From Takakia lepidozioides (lineage: Eukaryota > Plantae > Bryophyta): 64,000 nucleotides of DNA. This document shows positions 58,464-64,000 of the stretch, piece after piece. The position numbers were made by a program, and so were the translations under genes. The notes under the pieces were generated by a model, which was not told the origin of the DNA, made no database searches, and saw only the letters and a list, made by a program, of their open reading frames with translations. How positions within the stretch are numbered: the stretch's first letter is position 1; the number at the start of each line of letters is the position of its first letter. The stretch spans positions 47,740,001-47,804,000 of the forward strand of contig CM060734.1 in NCBI GenBank assembly GCA_030704615.1, given 5' to 3'.

Positions 58464-61270
58464 TGGCCGCTCTGGCAGTTTAGCCATTTCTCCAAGGGGT
58501 TTAGCCACGCCAAGCTAGGGTTTGTGTCTCTTGGACTCTAGGCTTCTTTCCACCAAGCTATGGTGGCTGTGAGGAAATCAGCAAGGTATCCTTGCTCTTT
58601 CGGCTCCCACACACCACCATAGTAGCCCTAAGTCATGAGGTGGTTGCCACAAACCAAGCCTTTTTTTCTCACTTAGCCTCCCCAAACACGCCACTAAACT
58701 CAATGGCAAACAACCAAGCCCTGCTGGTTCCCAGCCCTTGTGAGCACTCATTCAAGCACTCTCATTGGCCATAGCATCTGTCTTAGAGCCTATTCCAGCC
58801 CTCTACACCTGTTGCTTCAAGAGTTGCGCTCCCTTCAAGCTTGAAGTTGAAACCCCAACTCACATAGGCCCTACAAGTGCTTTTCTTTCACTCCAAGTGG
58901 AAACCAGCCCTAGACCTTCCGTTCTAGCTCTCTAAGGCTTGAAAACAAGAGCCTCAATGGGCTGAAGGCATGCTCCACACATGCCCCACTCTCACCATAA
59001 AAGAATCAGCTCATTTGCTTCATTTCTTGCACCCACAAACCTGAAAATACAAGCTTCAGCATGCTGAAAGCATGCTCCACATGCCCTACAGGGAAACCAG
59101 CCCCTTCCTTCCTTTCTTGCACTCCCACACCTGAAAGTGCAAGCCTTCACCAGGCTGATAGCATGCTCCACACATGCATTGCCCTCACATAAGGGAAGTC
59201 AGCCCTTCCATCTTCCTTGATTGCCCTCCAAGCTTGAAGATGGAAGCTTCAATGAGCTGAATACATGCTCCACACATGCAACCTCTTCACACAAGAGATA
59301 TCAGCCCCCTATCTTGGCTCCTTGGCTCCTTGATGCTCTCTAAGACAAGACTAAGCACTCCATAGCCTTTGCCAAGCTCCTGAAACCCTAAGGCTTACAT
59401 TTCCAGCCACAAGACACTTCTCTTGTGGTGCAAGAGCTCTTCTTCCAAGCTCTGTAACCCTAGGTGCACATTCCATGGCCTTGCCGCACCTCTTAGCTCC
59501 TGTTCCAGCCCTGCTCTCGCCATGACAAGAGCCCTCTCAATGCTGAAGCTCGAGATTGAAACCCAATCTCACCATACTCCACAAAGTGTACTGATTTGCC
59601 CCAAGCCAAATCAGCCCTTTCGCTTGGTCTTGCAATCCTTCACACAATGACAGCTCGCATTCCCAAGTCCAGTTCTCAGCTTTGCCACCAAAGCCACTAT
59701 AACCTGCTCTTGACTGGTCCTCTTCCCAATCGTGCTTGCTCATGCATGTACACAATCTGAAACCATCAAGGTGCTCTGGAATTACCTACAGTATGGTGCT
59801 TTCATCTCTGAAGCTGAAGATCGAATGCCAAGGTTTACCACCTCGTAACCCACATCGCCTCCGCTTCTAACAACCAAGAGCTCCACGGTGCTCATTGCAT
59901 AACAACTTGGTTTCTCTCATTCTCAAGCAAAAACCACAAGTGCTACAACTAACTCGTATCTAGCACTCATAGATACGAGCTAATCTTTCTCGAGTGATAA
60001 AGAAGAAGAATACAAGCACAAGCTCATGCGAGCTCACAAAGCTGAAGCATAAACTCATGCATATATAACCTCATCACTCAAATACAAGTCAAGCCAAGTG
60101 CACCCCACGCCATGGGGAATCCACACTACGGCGCCATAGCTAGGCGCGGTGAGGCTCAACTCGAGAAAGATGAGCCTCCCGCGCTTGCCGTGAAGATAAC
60201 CACTCCAGGGCCTAAATCTGCCTTGACCCCTGGATTGACACTTGGGCCAATCCCAAATGTCAATATGTAAAAGCTAGCTATTTCCTAGCTAGTTTCACAC
60301 TAGTGGTAAAATAACTTGACAAAGTAATTGCTAAAGGCAGGAATCAGGACCACTAGTAGAGTAAGTAATTACTAAAGGCGGGAATCAATACCACTAGTAT
60401 AGACTAAAGGCAGGATTCAGTACCACTAGTATAGTAAATAATTACTAAAGGCAGGATTCAATAGCAATAATCAATCAGTAACTATATACTACTATTGCTA
60501 CTGATTCCTGCATCCATGATATAACTCCTCCAGTAACTCCTCCAGCCATTTATTCCTACACTCATCGACTGAAGGCAGGACTCATTAACAACAATAAAGT
60601 AATTATGCAAATGTCACAGTAGTTACACCTTAGGGTAGGAGCAGGAGTTAGTATCAAAGTAGTCATGTGACCCATTAAGATAGGAGTCAGTGGTATATGT
60701 ACATAATTATAACCTAGCACAATATGCATCATGGGGTGATTGACATGTTGTGTGATTGATATTGCAGCTTGACTTTTACATGCGCTTCCAAACAGCATAC
60801 CCTACTCTGATGGTTGGGCTAAGATCATTTGAGTATCTAAAGCCTTGGTACGTGCGTCGTCTTACTGAAAGGAACACTTGCTGTTGCAAATATCACACAG
60901 AGATGCAGGAATTGAAGCAAGGGTGGAACAACATGATATCGGCGATAAAAGGCATCCATGGTGACTCGTGTACATGTCATTGTTCTGAGGTATGTGGGCA
61001 TGAAAGCCTTGATGTCCTACCTACTGGGATGTGTGTGGCTCACAGTCTTCTCCTAGCACAACTTCACTTTGGCAGGCAGTGGTCTGTCCCAAAGGGGATA
61101 CTGATGAGTGGCACAAATCTAGTTGCTTACATGCTGATTGCAATGCTTGTGGTGTGAATACTTTAAAAGTATGCCCACGGAAGTGGATCCAGAATCCATC
61201 CAACTTTTTCGATGGCAATGTTACTTGAAACAAACAGCAGGTAAGAACAAGCATGGGGCATACCCATCAT

Positions 61271-61342
61271 GCATTCGGCCACGCCGACCTTGACTTCTTG
61301 TCTAGTCTTGTACCTCTAGTCTGATCTCTTGTTTGTGTTCAG
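61271..61342 (+). repeat. 3' end fragment of the chromovirus LTR family
   Basis: Matches 46988-47078 (gcattcggcc...ttgtacctctagt...gtcatg.tctcgtc.ttgaca). Confidence 0.75.
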
Positions 61343-62319
61343 TCATGCTCTCGTCCTTGACAGATGTAGGGAAATATGATAGATATACCTCCATTCGTAA
61401 ACAGAAAAAACGGGCAATTGCACTTTCTCTTTCCTCTCTACTTCTGTTTGTTGTTCAAAGGTAGGCTTCCCGCCCTGAGTTTATATTTCAATCTCGTGCT
61501 GAGAGTGAGAGACCCTTGAGAGTGGGGGAGACCCTTGAGAGTGAAAGACCCTTGAGGTCATCCATGATGGCCTCCCCCATGTCACAGACTGGAAACAAAT
61601 TGGGAAGTTTTCTGCCTAACTTCATTTTCATCATACAATTTCCTTGCAACAGACATGGCTTTGGACACTATAGCCTCTAATGACCAACTTCCATGTATCG
61701 GTCGTTGGCCAAGTTGGCAATAGATGACAAAAATGACGACTTGCTTCCATGCCTTAATTTTCGCTGGCGCCTACAAATCGGTGACCGACATCGGTGAGCG
61801 CACAGTACCTGGGAAATTGGCGCCAGAGTGCATGGCCGACATAGGTAATCGTTTTTCACCTGTTGTACTGGGTTACCATGTCCCTTCTACCTGCTCTGAA
61901 GGTCACCTTTGTGCACATTCTCATTATTGCTCATCTCTCTTCATTTGGATATCGCTCTTGCGGGACCCACCCTTTGCCAAGTGGGCTCAATTGGTCCGGG
62001 CCTTGGAGAGCGAGGCAGAGCTATTGCCCGATTACTTTCAAACCCTATGCACATAAATGCAACCATCCACGGCCATGCTCCACCAACGTCTGCAAACTTT
62101 GGATAACTTGGCCGATTTGGCCGGGACATGGAAGTTGGCCCTAAGTCGGATTTATCCAGCAGGGTCAAGACTTGCGGGCTAAAATTCAGATCCTTGAGAA
62201 TCTCTTCTACTCTCCTCCACCAGGACTTGCCCTGTTTGACAAGGTGATCATGCTTCCAAGATATGTAGTCAATTAACTTAGGATATTTGCAATCCTCCAT
62301 AGCAGCCACCTTATAAGTG

Positions 62320-62560
62320 GCTCTGTGTTTTTTCCAGATGTCAACCCAAATAGCTTTCCATGTAACAGGGTGACCAGGGAGGTGTTCCCATTTTTTGGTC
62401 CACTTACGATCCAAGCCTCTCTTAGGCAACATCAGCTTATAACCTAGCTTCACGGAGTATTTGAGAAAGGGATCATGCTTCATATTTATCCAAAACCATT
62501 CGCATGGGTCAAACTGCAGATAGGAACCAACAAAATGAACGATTGTACTGAAGCAGCTCA
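62320..62560 (-). mobile_element. Fragment of an L1 LINE related to the element at 197-4404
   Basis: YLQFDPCEWFW...KHDPFLKYSVKLGY...KWEHLP...WKAIWVDIWKKHR aligns with LLQFDPAEWNW...KHDLFLGYRVKLGY...KWGHLP...WQHIWKDVWRKDR. Confidence 0.8.
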
Positions 62561-63273
62561 ATGGGAGGAACAGGAGTAGGTTTGCCAGATAGCAAACAAA
62601 ATACTCTGATTTCAAAACAATTAGAAATGACTGGGATACTCACCAATCAGGGGCTGAAAGAAGCCCCACATGGTTCACTATGAAGCCAGTTCCACATTTT
62701 CTCTTGTCAATTTTGAGATTTTAACCCCTATATAATTACATACAAAACAACCAAAGGTGAAAAATCAGTTGGATCTGCAATTTAGAGGGGTTGTGGCTTC
62801 CATTTCTTCTTTCCCACTTTACTTGACACCTCACAAGTCAAATTACCCTTACCCACACCCCTTTCTGCGCCATCCCATTCGTCCGACCTTCCATCTCTTA
62901 TTTTGGGACCTTCAAAAGAATCCCTTCGTTAATGAAATTGCTTTGCTCTACATATTCAGTGCACTGGTGATTTGGAAATGGTGGGCCTTGGGGCAAGCAA
63001 AATTGGATAGAGCCAGGTATTGATTTGGTCAAATCTATTTTTTTCCGCACTTTTCCTTTGGGACTTGAAATTTGAGATCCCGGCCAATGTTATAATCTCA
63101 CACTTTCCATTCTGGAATTGGCTCATTTTTTTGATATGACCTGCATAAATCAGCTGGGCCCACTTAAGTTCTATACGGCTGGAGCCTGTGGATGAGTTTT
63201 GGTGGGTTGTGGACAATTTACCGCAGCTGGGTACATACCCAAAAAGGGCTTGGGAAATTAAGGGAAATTAAGT

Positions 63274-63333
63274 GGCCTGATTTGTGAGTGGTCCGATCAC
63301 TCTGGGGTCACTCCCCTTTCTAAAATAAAAAAA
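63274..63333 (+). mobile_element. 5'-truncated SINE 3' end
   Basis: ggcctgatttgtgag...cccctttc plus A-rich tail, as in the full SINEs. Confidence 0.55.
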
Positions 63334-63653
63334 CAGGTTGTTATATAAAATGATAATATGGTATAACCTGCGCGGCTTGTCTTCTCACGTGTGCCATCGC
63401 TGCTCGGATGATTAAAGTATGGATGAACAGATACGATGTCGGCAGTAGATGTGCTTTATTGCTGTCTGTCAGCCGCCTTATCCATACCGCATTTATTACT
63501 CTTTATTCAAATATTCGTTTTTCTCTTTCTTCTTTTCCCGCCATCCCTCGAAAAAAGAACTTACTAGAAGTAACTCATATTTAAACAAATTAAAATGAAT
63601 AATAAAAACGGCCCAGATACTACTCAAAATACCTCGTGGCATATGAACTAGGA

Positions 63654-63906
63654 CCAACAGTCAGTAGCTCAGTTGGTAAGGTGCGCTGAATGCCATCCGG
63701 ATGACCCTGAGGTCAAATCCTGCTACTTGACGGGTGTGGTACGCTCTTCTCCCCCTTCCCTGCGCAGTGTCGCATCGGAAAGCCTTACGGCGAGGTTACT
63801 GAGAGGTTATTTTCTCCTCTCTATCAAGGGGCCTGATTTGTGAGCTGTCGCTCCCAGGTGTTTCCCTTTCATAAAAAAATAAAATAAAAAATAAAATAAA
63901 AATAAA
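63654..63906 (+). mobile_element. Full-length tRNA-derived SINE with TSD
   Basis: A box gtagctcagttgg, B box ggtcaaatcc, (TAAAA)n tail, TSD AACTAGGA at 63646-63653 and 63907-63914. Confidence 0.88.
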
Positions 63907-64000
63907 AACTAGGATAGTCACCGAGAAAACTGGTAACTACAAGAAACTTAAAAAAATGGAAGACATACATACGTGCCTCGTTCCATCCACAAACAAATGA

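Larger units (their letters stand above)
48635..60321 (-). mobile_element. Element E2: second split-direct-repeat DNMT/PHD gypsy-type retroelement
   Basis: TG...CA termini flanked by AAGT (48631-48634 and 60322-60325); A 48635-48824 and 49153-49339; B 48826-49150 and 59997-60321; junction cttgaca-gc-tgtcgtg. Confidence 0.93.
47432..61240 (+). pseudogene. Spliced, transposase-like host gene (exon to 48235, exon from 60768) whose intron contains E2
   Basis: GT at 48236 and AG at 60766-60767 join HYLQESQ to LDFYMRF in phase 0; FEYLKPWYVR...RNTCCCKYH and C..C..CG motifs; frameshifted and truncated downstream; family assignment uncertain. Confidence 0.55.

Noticed and set aside
57556-58518. 320-aa ORF with repeated TACHSPSQPV
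   Set aside because: Translation of the tandem array, antisense to the element; no evidence of a protein
63654-63725. tRNA gene
   Set aside because: A and B boxes are present but followed by a SINE body, A-rich tail and TSD; no convincing cloverleaf

Overview
Repeat-rich nuclear DNA of a land plant, probably a non-seed plant (inference from a long PLS-class PPR-DYW gene, a theta-class GST with GT-AG introns and Tcn1-like chromoviruses). The left 27 kb holds a decayed L1-type LINE, an intact PPR-DYW gene and a PPR pseudogene, a 7-exon GST-theta, a copia remnant, three broken F-box copies, tRNA-derived SINEs and a chromovirus remnant. The main signal is two related minus-strand Ty3/gypsy-type retroelements: E1 (27962-40648, TSD AATT) and E2 (48635-60321, TSD AAGT). 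Each encodes Gag-protease-DNMT3-like cytosine methyltransferase, a conserved UAG-CAA-CCA leaky stop, then RT-RNase H-DDE integrase-PHD finger. Neither has ordinary LTRs. They carry split direct repeats (sense: B'-internal-PPT-A'-GC-B'-A') with TG...CA ends and an internal palindromic end-to-end junction, TTGACA-GC-TGTCG. They also carry a covarying hairpin-loop/PBS pair that suggests tRNA-independent self-priming. E1 contains a mosaic of captured host gene fragments and is nested in a Tcn1-like chromovirus that is split by an inversion of about 17 kb. E2 sits in an intron. All coordinates and comparisons were read by eye; no searches were run.
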